Shown here: piece after piece, positions 1 through 10,921 of the stretch | Position numbering within the stretch: position 1 is the stretch's first letter | Layout: every line of letters starts with the position of its first letter | DNA from: an uncultured delta proteobacterium | GTDB lineage: Bacteria; Desulfobacterota; Desulfomonilia; UBA1062 | Assembly (NCBI GenBank): GCA_963798485.1 | Contig: CAWCTR010000030.1 | Coordinates: 64,001 to 128,000, forward strand | Reading direction: 5' to 3' | Length of the DNA stretch: 64,000 nt | Program-made: the position numbers and the translations under genes | The notes under the pieces: model-generated | Databases searched by the model: none | Told to the model about the DNA's origin: nothing | Seen by the model: only the letters and a program-made list of their open reading frames with translations

Positions 1-124
1 ACATCCATACGTACCTCCCACGATTATTGCATCACTCAATGCATTGTTCATGCTATCGGCAATTATTCTGGGAAAATGTAGAAAAAATTTAAATTTATGG
101 GGGAAGTTTCCTTCATACAGGCTG

Positions 125-955
125 TTACTCCTCGTGGAGTACGGTCTTGATGATGTAGCTGCCCGACTTTTCGTCCAGCTCCAGCTCCAGCAGGTGCCTG
201 TCCCGCGCCTCTTCCAGGAGGCGGCTGAAAGACCTGAAGCCGTAGTAACTCTCGTTGAAGCCGGGTTTTCTGCGTCTGAGCGCCTGTTTGATCATAGATC
301 CCCAGAGCTTGTCCTCCTCGCCGCGCTCATCGAACAGTGCCTCAACGGTCTCCACCACCAGTTCCAGGGCCTTGAGCTTCCTGTCCTCTTCGGCATTCTC
401 CTTCTGCTCGGGTTTGACCAGGGCCTCATGGGACGGTTTCGCCGGGGGTTTCCTCGCCTTGCGGCGCTTGGCCTCGCTCTCACGGACCAGGTCGTCATAG
501 AAGATGAACTCGTCGCAATTCGCTATAAGAAGCTCGGAAGAAGAGTTCTTCACCCCTACGCCGATGACGAGCTTGTTGTTTTCTCTCAGCTTGCTCACAA
601 GCGGAGAAAAATCAGAGTCACCGCTGATGATTACAAAGCAATCTACATGGGATTTGGTGTAACAGAGGTCCAGCGCATCCACGACCATGCGTATGTCCGC
701 CGAATTCTTGCCGGACTGCCTCAGGTGGGGGATCTCGATGAGCTCAAAGGATGCCTCGTGCATGACCGGCTTGTAGTCCTTGTAGCGCTCCCAGTCGCTG
801 TAGGCCTTTTTCACGATGATGTTTCCCTTGAGCAGCAATCGCTCAAGGATCTTCTTCACGTCGAACTGGGCATATTTGGCGTCTCGAACGCCGAGCGCGA
901 TATTCTCAAAATCACAGAACAATGCCATGTTCTGGGTCTTTTCCAGTACGGCCAT
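125..955 (-). CDS. NYN domain (LabA/DUF88, PIN-like) protein with C-terminal OST-HTH/LOTUS domain
   Basis: ALFCDFEN, GKNSADIRMVVD, ISGDSDFSPL motifs; C-terminal PGFNESYYGFRSFSRLL; AAGGAG RBS before ATG 955. Confidence 0.9.
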   Translation of the reverse strand: MAVLEKTQNMALFCDFENIALGVRDAKYAQFDVKKILERLLLKGNIIVKKAYSDWERYKDYKPVMHEASFELIEIPHLRQSGKNSADIRMVVDALDLCYTKSHVDCFVIISGDSDFSPLVSKLRENNKLVIGVGVKNSSSELLIANCDEFIFYDDLVRESEAKRRKARKPPAKPSHEALVKPEQKENAEEDRKLKALELVVETVEALFDERGEEDKLWGSMIKQALRRRKPGFNESYYGFRSFSRLLEEARDRHLLELELDEKSGSYIIKTVLHEE

Positions 956-1294
956 CAATCGCTCCTTATGGGCAAGTGTACCCTTACCATTGTTAAATCG
1001 TTCATTCCATTTCCCCTGTATCCGCCTTCATATCCGGTCATGACGCGGTATCGCTTCATTCATCCTTTCTTTCTGCAAATGTGTCAAGGTGATAAATCGG
1101 AGGGTGTTTGGATTCAAAAGATTTTATAATGACATGGCCCGGCAAATTGGATGAAGCTGTTCTCATGTATTCGAAAACCCGTACATGTGGGGGAAGGCAC
1201 TGACCTTAAACAATCCACACTCTGAGCCCATCGGGGGATGAGTGATGATTATGGTAAGAAATCCTCAGTCTGGGCTAATCGTGATGTATGGCAC

Positions 1295-1747
1295 CCATTA
1301 AAAGGCCCCTGTCAATAAAAACATAGTTCACCATCGCACTTTTTTTTGCAGGTCTAACGTATAGCCAGCTGGGATCATGCCAACGATTCCCTTTCTGCGC
1401 CCTGTTTTTCATTATGCTCAGGTGACAGATTACAATCTGCACCAGGCACCCATCGGGTTTTAGACTGCACAGCGAGAGGATGAACCTAGATGAGTAGCCC
1501 TCTCAACCCGTACGCCCCTAACAGCATCTGCTGTCCCAGAAAAATATCGGTTCCTTGCCATGTTCAATTGTAAGTGACACGACAATAGGCTCTTCCGGCC
1601 ACACCTTAAAGACTCATGGCAAAGGCAGATCTGAACCATCGGAATTACCTCCACTGGATTCTTGTTTATAAGAGAGGGGTAAACGGCGGAGCAACCACGA
1701 AAATGGTTCTTAGCCACCAAACGTCTGGTCTCGCCGTTTTCCCCTGC
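1295..1747 (-). ncRNA. Putative bridge RNA/seekRNA-encoding non-coding region of the IS (exact RNA ends unknown)
   Basis: Nested stems 1676-1688/1732-1744, 1553-1562/1615-1625, 1454-1459/1505-1510 enclosing 1474-1479/1499-1504, hairpin 1421-1443; ATGGGTG matches the donor end plus core. Confidence 0.7.
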
Positions 1748-2773
1748 TCAGCAAAAGAGCATCTCTTCCTTGAACTCAACGCCATCTCTGAGCATATAGT
1801 AGCAGGCCCTGGCAAGCTTGCTTGCTATGGTCTTGATTGCCACCATCCTGTGAGTTTTCGAAGCCTTCCTTTTGTAGTAGCCGGCAATCTTCGGGGACTG
1901 CCTTAGGGAGATAAACGCCGCTTCAATAAATGCCCAAGCCAGATACCGGTTCCCATTCTTTGCATTGCCTTTGCCCTTGCTCTTCCCGTTCGAAAACCTC
2001 CCGGTAGGAACACAACGGCAGTAAGAGGAGAAGTCTCCCACCCTTGCAAACCGCGAAATATCTCCCACTTCCAGCATGATCGTCATGGCAAGGATGTCAC
2101 CGATCCCAGGAACCATGTGCAGTTTCTCAAAAGCATCCCTCGTCTTCACTTCTCTCTTTACCGTCTTCTCGATATTCCTGATGTTCTTCCCGAGAAAGGC
2201 TATGGTTTCAAGGCTCGTTGTACCAAGGAGAACTAAGTGCTCCTCCTTCAATATCCCTTTGATGTCTTCCGATTTAACCTTCCTCAGTGCATTCGCACTC
2301 ATGTGCACACCGGTGTTCCTCTCGATCATGGACTGCAGCGAGATGATATGGGCTGTTCTTTGCTTTACCAGGAATGATCTCTTCCTCAAGAGATCTCGAA
2401 CCGGTCGCTCTTCCCTGGGATAGATATATCCTTCAGGGAGAATGCCGAGAGACATCATCTGCGCAAGCCAGAAGGCATCATGTCGGTCATCCGCATACTT
2501 GAGCCCTTTGTACTGCTGTATCGCTGCAGGATTGGCAAGATGTACACAATCATACCCTGCCTCATTGAGCCCATCCACCAGCCAGTACCAGTTAAAGGTG
2601 CTTTCGACAGCTATCCCCCTGATCTCTTCACGGTAAGGGTTTAGGGTCCAAACGAGTTCTTCCAGGTTATTCTTTACACGCTTCTCGAAAACTCGCTTCA
2701 TTGTTCCCTTCTCGATCAGCCCTATGTACGTGTTCCCTGAATGGAGATCCAACCCGGCATACAGCTCACTCAT
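1748..2773 (-). CDS. IS110-family DEDD transposase/bridge recombinase
   Basis: GLDLH, AVEST, KYADDRHDA (DEDD RuvC-like); VPGIG HhH; PTGRFSNGK catalytic Ser region; GNRYL; GGAGGAGG RBS. Confidence 0.95.
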   Translation of the reverse strand: MSELYAGLDLHSGNTYIGLIEKGTMKRVFEKRVKNNLEELVWTLNPYREEIRGIAVESTFNWYWLVDGLNEAGYDCVHLANPAAIQQYKGLKYADDRHDAFWLAQMMSLGILPEGYIYPREERPVRDLLRKRSFLVKQRTAHIISLQSMIERNTGVHMSANALRKVKSEDIKGILKEEHLVLLGTTSLETIAFLGKNIRNIEKTVKREVKTRDAFEKLHMVPGIGDILAMTIMLEVGDISRFARVGDFSSYCRCVPTGRFSNGKSKGKGNAKNGNRYLAWAFIEAAFISLRQSPKIAGYYKRKASKTHRMVAIKTIASKLARACYYMLRDGVEFKEEMLFC

Positions 2774-2915
2774 GACACACCTCCTCCTGAGTTATTGTCT
2801 GTATTATAGCCGTGCGATCTTGGCGAAAGTGCCTTTTAGATGATTATCACGTGATCTTCAGTCATGGATAACCAAACATTACCATAAGGATCATCAGAGG
2901 ATGTTACCATGAGGG

Positions 2916-5237
2916 TTAATGATTCTCCAATAAACTATCAAAGTATTCGGTATTCCTCAAGTTGTCCAGATCATGGTCTTTTTTCAGCAGATCCCAGTCA
3001 CTGAAACCTTTCTTTATAGCCTTATCCAGAAAATTTCTCGACTCTTTCAATCCATTCCGTCTGGAGTATATACATGCTAAATTATAATAGACCCCTGGGT
3101 TTTCAGGGGTTATGTTTAGTTCTTTCATCAAATAATCAATGCATCTATCGTATTGCCCCTTCATTGAATAATATACAGCCAAAGAGCTAAGTATCTTCAG
3201 ATCATGTGGATTGTATCTCAAGACATCTTCGAGCTTTGATATGGACGCATCAATCTTTGTCATCTGGGCCATTGCGAAAGCAAGGTTTCTTTGTGCAATG
3301 GTAAGGTCGGGTTTTATTTTCAGGGCCTCATTGTACTGCTTGACTGCCTCACCAACCTGATTAATTCCCATCAAGGAATAGCCGAGATTGTTGTGCACCA
3401 TAGCATGATCTCTATCATCAATGTCATTGCCCAAGAAATAATGCAGTAATGGATTCATCTGGCCTATCTTTAGACCGTCTGTGTAGACTTGAATTGCATC
3501 ATATGAGTTTCCTTGGGCGAGAAGGGTATTGCCGACATTGAGTTTTGCATTAATTGCTAATCTTACCTGCTGGGGACAAAGGGGATTTGGGTTCATTGCC
3601 TTAACATAATTTTTCGCAACTTCAAGATCACCAACCGATAAGGCAAACTTTGTGATGGTATCGGCCTGATATATGCCGACCTTATATACCGATTCTGCAA
3701 TGGTACGTGTATAATGAGATAAATCGGCCCTATTTGATAGAAAGATACATGCTGAAGGCCCATAGTAAACAGGCCTCCAATCTGGTGATGTAATGAAATA
3801 TTGGAATATTGGTTTTTTATAGGAGAGACACCATAGATCACATTTATTTTTATTTAAAAAAAGTTCAATATGTGTTTTATCCTGACTCCATTCGAATTCT
3901 ATGTATTCGGAATACCATCTCCTATAGGGGAAGTATCGTGCGTCAATAAATACTTTTTTTGAGGGCCATAATGACCAAAGTAAATAGGAGCCACAATAGT
4001 AATCATTGCCCATGAGCAGATCTGGAAAATTGGTTCGTATATAATTTGCTTCTGATACTGGGCTAATATAATCAGGGTTCAACCCAAAACCTGGTACGCA
4101 GAAAGATTCATATTGTGCTCTTACAACAATAAATAGCAAAAGAATCAAAGTAATACCATGGAGAACAAATTTCAGTGGCTTTTTAATCGATACTTCTGAA
4201 TCATCTTGAGAAATCTTTTTTATTAAATAAGTAGATGAAAATACGAAAATAACAGCCCAAAAATATGTTGCCCTCAAGTATTTAATGTAGATGATCAGGA
4301 ATAATGCATTTACCAACAGCAGTGCCCAATCAGTTCTATTTCGTCTTAATTGAGCAATCATGAGAATAATGAGTATTCCTAAAGAAACAATCATGTAATC
4401 TATGAAATGAGAATAGTATGCTACAGGGGAAAAGATAGAGAAATATTCAGATACATTTATCATGTGCCCTTTAAATTCTTCAGGATTAATAACAAGATTA
4501 TTTACTAACTGTATCGGGTATCTCCACCCATATGGTGTTATAAGAACAGCAAGACCACTTAATATTATCGATATGAATAAGTGTTTTCTGTCTTGGGGAT
4601 TGAGCTTTTCAGATGAACCGGTAGCTAAGTTGATTACTTCTCCAACAAGAACCAGTCCAAGAAATACTATCCCGAAAATAAACCCGCCATGAGAGTTTAC
4701 CCATAATAACATAAGTAGTGGGAAGAGATAGAAGAGATACCAGTTTTTATCGGGACGGGTCTTGATTCTGAACCATGTCCATACCATAATTGTCATCAAT
4801 AAAAATGAGAAAAGTTCGGCTTTTATACGAAGCCCCCCACGAGACATGAGTAAACCAGTCAGGCATATGAGAAACATCACTGGAAAGAAGCCAGAGTGAT
4901 ATTTTTTAGGATATGAAAAAACAAGCAAAATGAATACCATGATGAACAGATACCTGAGAGCATAAAGCATTTGCAGGCCTCCTGCCTTAAAAAGCAAATA
5001 AAAGAAGATCTCGGGTATCCAAGCACAATAGATCTGGGTATTGTCTGTGGGTGTCCAACTGAAGATAGAATGATCAGGTATTAATGTATGGTTTGCCAAA
5101 AAATATCGACCATAAGCGAGGTGAAACCAGATATCTCCATCATTTATAGGTTCAGCATATTTAAGAGCTATTGTGGCAAGCACTACAATAGCAAGAAAAA
5201 CAAGAAATAATAGGGTACTAAAACGATATCTTCTCAT
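2916..5237 (-). CDS. Polytopic membrane protein (GT-C-like, DxWxHL motif) with C-terminal TPR repeats
   Basis: About 10+ hydrophobic segments, DGDIWFHLAYGR and LWVNSHGGF motifs, TPR repeats (HNNLGYSL, YYNLACIYS); AT-rich; ATG 5237 chosen as start. Confidence 0.65.
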   Translation of the reverse strand: MRRYRFSTLLFLVFLAIVVLATIALKYAEPINDGDIWFHLAYGRYFLANHTLIPDHSIFSWTPTDNTQIYCAWIPEIFFYLLFKAGGLQMLYALRYLFIMVFILLVFSYPKKYHSGFFPVMFLICLTGLLMSRGGLRIKAELFSFLLMTIMVWTWFRIKTRPDKNWYLFYLFPLLMLLWVNSHGGFIFGIVFLGLVLVGEVINLATGSSEKLNPQDRKHLFISIILSGLAVLITPYGWRYPIQLVNNLVINPEEFKGHMINVSEYFSIFSPVAYYSHFIDYMIVSLGILIILMIAQLRRNRTDWALLLVNALFLIIYIKYLRATYFWAVIFVFSSTYLIKKISQDDSEVSIKKPLKFVLHGITLILLLFIVVRAQYESFCVPGFGLNPDYISPVSEANYIRTNFPDLLMGNDYYCGSYLLWSLWPSKKVFIDARYFPYRRWYSEYIEFEWSQDKTHIELFLNKNKCDLWCLSYKKPIFQYFITSPDWRPVYYGPSACIFLSNRADLSHYTRTIAESVYKVGIYQADTITKFALSVGDLEVAKNYVKAMNPNPLCPQQVRLAINAKLNVGNTLLAQGNSYDAIQVYTDGLKIGQMNPLLHYFLGNDIDDRDHAMVHNNLGYSLMGINQVGEAVKQYNEALKIKPDLTIAQRNLAFAMAQMTKIDASISKLEDVLRYNPHDLKILSSLAVYYSMKGQYDRCIDYLMKELNITPENPGVYYNLACIYSRRNGLKESRNFLDKAIKKGFSDWDLLKKDHDLDNLRNTEYFDSLLENH

Positions 5238-5566
5238 CTTCAGCTTATAAAATAATATTGGAATATTAATGAGATATACTATTGATCCATTTTGTACAAT
5301 ATCGAATATTATGAAGTAGTGTAAAAACAATGTGACATATATTTAATGTCCCTTATTTTCTGGGTCTTTCTTTTATCTCAGCCCATATGACAGAACCGTT
5401 GATTCCTATGATAAATCGGCGCTTTCCAAAGACCCTAAAACCAATGATCTAGGTTTGAAACATATGAAGATTATCACTGCATGCCAGGGAAATAAGGGCT
5501 CAGGTCTTGCTTTTTGCCTAGGGGGAAGTTAGCGAATAACCACATAAGCTGACAACATGAGCTCAC

Positions 5567-6880
5567 CTATGATGGATCGACTATCCGTCCCATGAAAAGG
5601 ATCGAGTTGCTGATTCGATCACGAATGAAAAAGAGAAACGGTCGATCTATTGTTAAGGAAACTTGTACTGTCGGCGCTGATGTAGTACCCACGGTGACCC
5701 CTGTTGCAGCAGCAGCTTCGGTACCGGTTTCATCCACCTTGAGAAATGCCTTATGGTGTACATCATTAATAAAGAGGCTTGTAGGGTCGGTAATCCCTGA
5801 GAAGTCAGCTTTATCGGTAAATGCCGTCAGCATGCCCATAGTGGATAATATTTGTTTCAGACTGATCGAATCTCCGTCATAATTGAACTTCGGCATTGTG
5901 ATATCGACTTCTTCAGTATTTAAGTCCTCTATGATTGTGAGCCATTGTGAAAGACTGAACGCATTTTCAAAGCTCGTGAATTTCCCTGAGTCCGCAACGA
6001 TGATGACCATGGAAGCATTCCCGCCGTCATATGGCAGCTCAACAGCTTGGTAGCCATCACCGTGGCTATAGGGAATGTTCTCTGTCTGTGACATCATGGG
6101 CACATTTACCTGCACGTTATCCGCTCGAGTGAACATCCTACTTTGGGTAGCATTCGGATCAAAAGTACTGGCCCAAGCCGCCTTGAAATAAATGGCATTG
6201 ACCAAGACCAAACGAGTGTAACTATCGATAGAGCCTTGGGGAAGCAGGTTCTGGATTCTCCCATTTGTTTCATCATCGACCCACTTATTGATAACATTTT
6301 GGGAATCCTCTGGGGAATCTATGAAATCCAGTAGGTTCAACCCTGCTCCATAATCGACGGCCAGGATATCCAGAAAGTTTGAGAGGATCGAAAATCCATC
6401 CTGAGCCCATAGTGAATTGGCTACATTCAACTGGAATTGAGTATTAGCATTCTTCGCCCCCTTGCCAAGGTTTGCCAGGGAAAGATCCAGAGCGTCAAAT
6501 GCAGGGTGCAGGCGTCCATTCGGCAAGGTGAAATGCATGGTTCCCGCAATCTCGGATGCTGTTTCTCCTTCGGCCCCGGCATAGGTCATGGCAAGAGCCA
6601 GACTTATGCTGTATGGAGAGAAAAAGATGTTCCCGTTCAGTCCCTCCATCAGATTCTGATATAATTCGATAGCAAACGCACTGTTGTCATCCACTAATTC
6701 GGCTATGTCGCCTTGATCAACCGTCGGTGACAGGTTTCGTGCAAAGGCGGATTTGGCTTGTTTTTGCGTTTGCTCAGGCTTTATCGAATTGTTCCCTCCT
6801 CCTTCACAACAGGTAAGAAGAATATTTAATGAGAAAACAAGAATAAACAGGACTATCCTTATACACCTGATCTTATCCAT
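5567..6880 (-). CDS. Secreted/lipoprotein serpin (serine protease inhibitor)
   Basis: NIFFSPYSI, LVLVNAIYFKAAW, hinge ETGTEAAAAT, DRPFLFFIRD; signal peptide ending LLTCC. Confidence 0.95.
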   Translation of the reverse strand: MDKIRCIRIVLFILVFSLNILLTCCEGGGNNSIKPEQTQKQAKSAFARNLSPTVDQGDIAELVDDNSAFAIELYQNLMEGLNGNIFFSPYSISLALAMTYAGAEGETASEIAGTMHFTLPNGRLHPAFDALDLSLANLGKGAKNANTQFQLNVANSLWAQDGFSILSNFLDILAVDYGAGLNLLDFIDSPEDSQNVINKWVDDETNGRIQNLLPQGSIDSYTRLVLVNAIYFKAAWASTFDPNATQSRMFTRADNVQVNVPMMSQTENIPYSHGDGYQAVELPYDGGNASMVIIVADSGKFTSFENAFSLSQWLTIIEDLNTEEVDITMPKFNYDGDSISLKQILSTMGMLTAFTDKADFSGITDPTSLFINDVHHKAFLKVDETGTEAAAATGVTVGTTSAPTVQVSLTIDRPFLFFIRDRISNSILFMGRIVDPS

Positions 6881-6903
6881 AGATTGACTCCCTTAATAAT
6901 ATG

Positions 6904-6918
6904 GCAATGTGAATGCCA
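6904..6918 (-). promoter_or_regulatory. Putative sigma-54 promoter of serpin gene
   Basis: TGGCATTCACATTGC (-24/-12 consensus TGGCACGnnnnTTGC) ~24 nt upstream of ATG. Confidence 0.55.
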
Positions 6919-7069
6919 TTGATCGAGTCATATTATATCAAGCGGTTATATCGTTAGACTTGATAGTATCTTATCACGGATCACCACGCAACGCTATCTT
7001 CTCTCACTACCGGCCGCTGCCTCTTCTTGACAAAGCAAGCCGTATGAAATAGTAGCATGATCTACTGTT

Positions 7070-7618
7070 ATGGATAAGGTAAAGGGTATTTATGACATAA
7101 AGCTCATCCCCGATACCATCGGGGAGGCGGGCATCGAGAAGGACTTCCGGGTGGAGCCCGGGGTCATGGCGGAGATCCTCGCAGATAAGGACCTCCAGGT
7201 GAATGAGCCCTTCCAGATCCATTATGAAGTATTCAGGCATCAAGAGAATATCCATGTAAGAGTGGATATCAAAGGCGTCCTCAGAACCACCTGCTCCCGC
7301 TGTCTTTGCCCCATGACACATATCGTAGACCTTCACCTGGACAGCGACTATATGCCTGCCCCTCCCGAGATGGAAGATGAGCACCTGGAGGCAGAGCGCG
7401 TCAGCGCGGATACGGGTTATTTCCGCAGGGAGATAAAGCTCGGCGAGTATATCATTTCAGAGCTTGTATTGTCTTTGCCCTTCATCTACAGCTGTTCCGA
7501 GAGTTGCAAGGGCCTGTGTCGGCAGTGTGGTGCAAACCTCAATGAGCGCCCATGTGCCTGTATGCAAAGCACGGACCCCAGGTTGCAGGTATTATCACAG
7601 CTTAAGAATAAACCCTAA
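7070..7618 (+). CDS. yceD: YceD/DUF177 family protein
   Basis: CSRCL, CSESCKGLCRQCG and DPRL motifs; immediately upstream of rpmF. Confidence 0.9.
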   Translation: MDKVKGIYDIKLIPDTIGEAGIEKDFRVEPGVMAEILADKDLQVNEPFQIHYEVFRHQENIHVRVDIKGVLRTTCSRCLCPMTHIVDLHLDSDYMPAPPEMEDEHLEAERVSADTGYFRREIKLGEYIISELVLSLPFIYSCSESCKGLCRQCGANLNERPCACMQSTDPRLQVLSQLKNKP

Positions 7619-7634
7619 GAGATAGGAGTCAGCA

Positions 7635-7817
7635 ATGCCATTACCAAAGAGAAGACACTCGAGCACCAGGAGAGACAAGCGCAGGGCTAATGATGCCATA
7701 ACCCTTCCTGCAGCTTCCTTTTGCCCGAACTGCAATGAGCCGAAACCACCGCACAAGATCTGCCCAAGCTGCGGATACTACAAGGGCAGAGAGGTAATCA
7801 AGAACACCAAAGCTTAA
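7635..7817 (+). CDS. rpmF: 50S ribosomal protein L32
   Basis: MPLPKRRHSSTRRDKRR, CPNC/CPSCGYYKG zinc ribbon. Confidence 0.98.
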   Translation: MPLPKRRHSSTRRDKRRANDAITLPAASFCPNCNEPKPPHKICPSCGYYKGREVIKNTKA

Positions 7818-8672
7818 GTGATGCCATATTGCCTGATTTTCCCGGGTCAAGGGAGCCAGTTCCCCGGCATGTCCAAAGGGCTCACACTCGATGCGGCCGT
7901 TGATGGCGGCCTTCGTACGATTATGGACAATGGCCCGGACTATGTTCTGGATCAGACAGTAAATGCCCAGCCGGCAGTAGTATCCGTGAGTGTCGCCCTG
8001 TGGGAAAGATCGGGTTTGAAGGATCCTGCAGCGGTCATGGGCCACAGCCTGGGCGAATATAGCGCGCTTGTTGCCTCAGGCTCCTTGCAGGCAGGCAAGG
8101 CAATTGAGCTGGTAAAAAAAAGGGCCGTTTTCATGGAGGCCTCGCATCCGTTAGGAACAGGGGGTATGGCTGCAGTAATCGGTATGTCTGAATCTGAGGT
8201 TGAAGAGGTTATTGCCGGTATCAACGAACTCTGGATTGCCAACCTCAACGGCGCCTCCCAGGTGGTGATTTCCGGCAGCATCCGATCCATGAGAACTGCA
8301 ATACCGCTGCTCAAAGGTAAAGGAGCCAGGCGGGTGGTGCCGCTTAAGGTCTCTGTGGCATCACACTGCCCGTACATGGATAAGGCCCAGGAGGCCCTTA
8401 CAGATTATCTCAAGGGGATCACCATGAAGGGGCCGTCATGCCCGCTGATCTCCAATGTGAGCGCCCGGCCTGAGACCGACCCGAACCGACTCAAGACCCG
8501 ACTTGCACAGCAGCTGACAAGCCCGGTGCGGTTTGAAGAATCGGTACGGATCGCTGCCGGCATGGGTATTGATACCTTCATTGAGATTGGTCCGCGCTCC
8601 GTTCTTGCCCCCCTGGTCAAACGTATTGTACCCGGTGTAAAGATGGAGGTAATCACCAATGATGACTATTGA
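7818..8672 (+). CDS. fabD: Malonyl-CoA:ACP transacylase
   Basis: FPGQGSQ, GHSLGEY, VSVASH, EIGP motifs (start 7818 GTG or 7821 ATG). Confidence 0.95.
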   Translation: MMPYCLIFPGQGSQFPGMSKGLTLDAAVDGGLRTIMDNGPDYVLDQTVNAQPAVVSVSVALWERSGLKDPAAVMGHSLGEYSALVASGSLQAGKAIELVKKRAVFMEASHPLGTGGMAAVIGMSESEVEEVIAGINELWIANLNGASQVVISGSIRSMRTAIPLLKGKGARRVVPLKVSVASHCPYMDKAQEALTDYLKGITMKGPSCPLISNVSARPETDPNRLKTRLAQQLTSPVRFEESVRIAAGMGIDTFIEIGPRSVLAPLVKRIVPGVKMEVITNDDY

Positions 8673-9402
8673 TCTGAGCACCAAGGTGGCCCTGGTCACC
8701 GGTGCAAGCCGCGGCATTGGTGCGGCCACGGCGAGGTTGCTGGGCAGCGCAGGCGCCCACGTGATCGTCAATTATAAGAGCAGTTCAGCCCTGGCTCAAG
8801 AGGTGGTCGGCTCTATAGTATCTTCGGGCGGCTCGGCTGAGGCCATGTGTTTTGACGTGGCGGATGAGGCTGAGGTGGGCAGTCATTTTGCCGACATTAT
8901 TGCCCGCCATGCCAGGCTCGATTTTCTTGTGAACAACGCCGGTATCTCTAAGGATGCGCTCTTCCTGCGGGTCAAACCTGAAATGCTCAATGAAATGATA
9001 GACGTAAATCTTAAGGGTTCATTTTTCTGCACTTTTCACGCTGCGAGATATATGATAAAGCAAAGAAGTGGAAGGATCGTGACGGTCTCTTCCATAGTCG
9101 GACTAGGGGGGAACCCGGGACAGAGCGTGTATGCAATGACAAAGGCAGGGCTCATCGGCATGACCAAGAGCTTTGCCAAGGAGCTTGGCCCCCGAGGGGT
9201 ACGGGTGAATGCAATCGCGCCCGGGCTCGTGGACACCGAGATGACTTCGGGCATAGACAAGCAGGCCATCGCCAATGAGATACCGCTGCGCAAGACAGGC
9301 AGCCCGGAAGAGGTGGCAGGGGTAATCCTGTTTTTGTGTTCCGACCTGAGCGAGTACATTACCGGTCAGGTCATTGTCGTAGATGGTGGGCTTTATACGT
9401 GA
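8659..9402 (+). CDS. fabG: 3-oxoacyl-ACP reductase
   Basis: TGASRGIG, NNAG, YAMTK SDR motifs; fab context. Confidence 0.95.
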   Translation: MMTIDLSTKVALVTGASRGIGAATARLLGSAGAHVIVNYKSSSALAQEVVGSIVSSGGSAEAMCFDVADEAEVGSHFADIIARHARLDFLVNNAGISKDALFLRVKPEMLNEMIDVNLKGSFFCTFHAARYMIKQRSGRIVTVSSIVGLGGNPGQSVYAMTKAGLIGMTKSFAKELGPRGVRVNAIAPGLVDTEMTSGIDKQAIANEIPLRKTGSPEEVAGVILFLCSDLSEYITGQVIVVDGGLYT

Positions 9403-9446
9403 GAGTATTTTAAGGATGTAGAGAACCTTAAAGGAGGACTATATCG

Positions 9447-9680
9447 ATGGCTGATGTTCAGCAACGGATCATTCAACTGATCGCAGAGCAGTTGGAAAAG
9501 GACCCATCCGAGATCAAGCCGGAAATGTCTTTCGCAGACGATCTGGGGGCCGATTCCCTTGATCTGGTCGAGCTGATCATGACCGTGGAAGAGGAGTTCA
9601 ACTTAGAGATCCCGGATGAGGATGCGGAGAAGATGAAGTTCGTGAAGGACGCCATAGAATACGTTAAAGCCAAGATATGA
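9447..9680 (+). CDS. acpP: Acyl carrier protein
   Basis: [12 protein letters not shown]. Confidence 0.98.
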   Translation: MADVQQRIIQLIAEQLEKDPSEIKPEMSFADDLGADSLDLVELIMTVEEEFNLEIPDEDAEKMKFVKDAIEYVKAKI

Positions 9681-9688
9681 CGCCCTAG

Positions 9689-10918
<1,230 letters not shown>

Positions 10919-10921
10919 AGG

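Larger units (their letters stand above)
1292..2850 (-). mobile_element. Complete IS110-family (IS1111-like) insertion sequence
   Basis: Transposase gene; subterminal inverted repeats TAAAAGGC (1299-1306) / GCCTTTTA (2831-2838); CAC core duplicated at 1292-1294 and 2848-2850; long non-coding region downstream of the transposase. Confidence 0.85.

Noticed and set aside
1-20. Start of a minus-strand gene at the window edge (ATG at 8 with GGGAGG RBS)
   Set aside because: Only two complete codons are visible; cannot be annotated
44-1129. 361-aa plus-strand ORF
   Set aside because: Antisense shadow of the NYN gene; no motifs
1352-1358. GTCTAAC (also GTTAGAC near 6953 and ACTAAC near 43477) as integron attC boxes / IS1111-attC insertion
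   Set aside because: The site at 1352 lies inside the IS; no paired R''/R' boxes, cassette array or intI were seen
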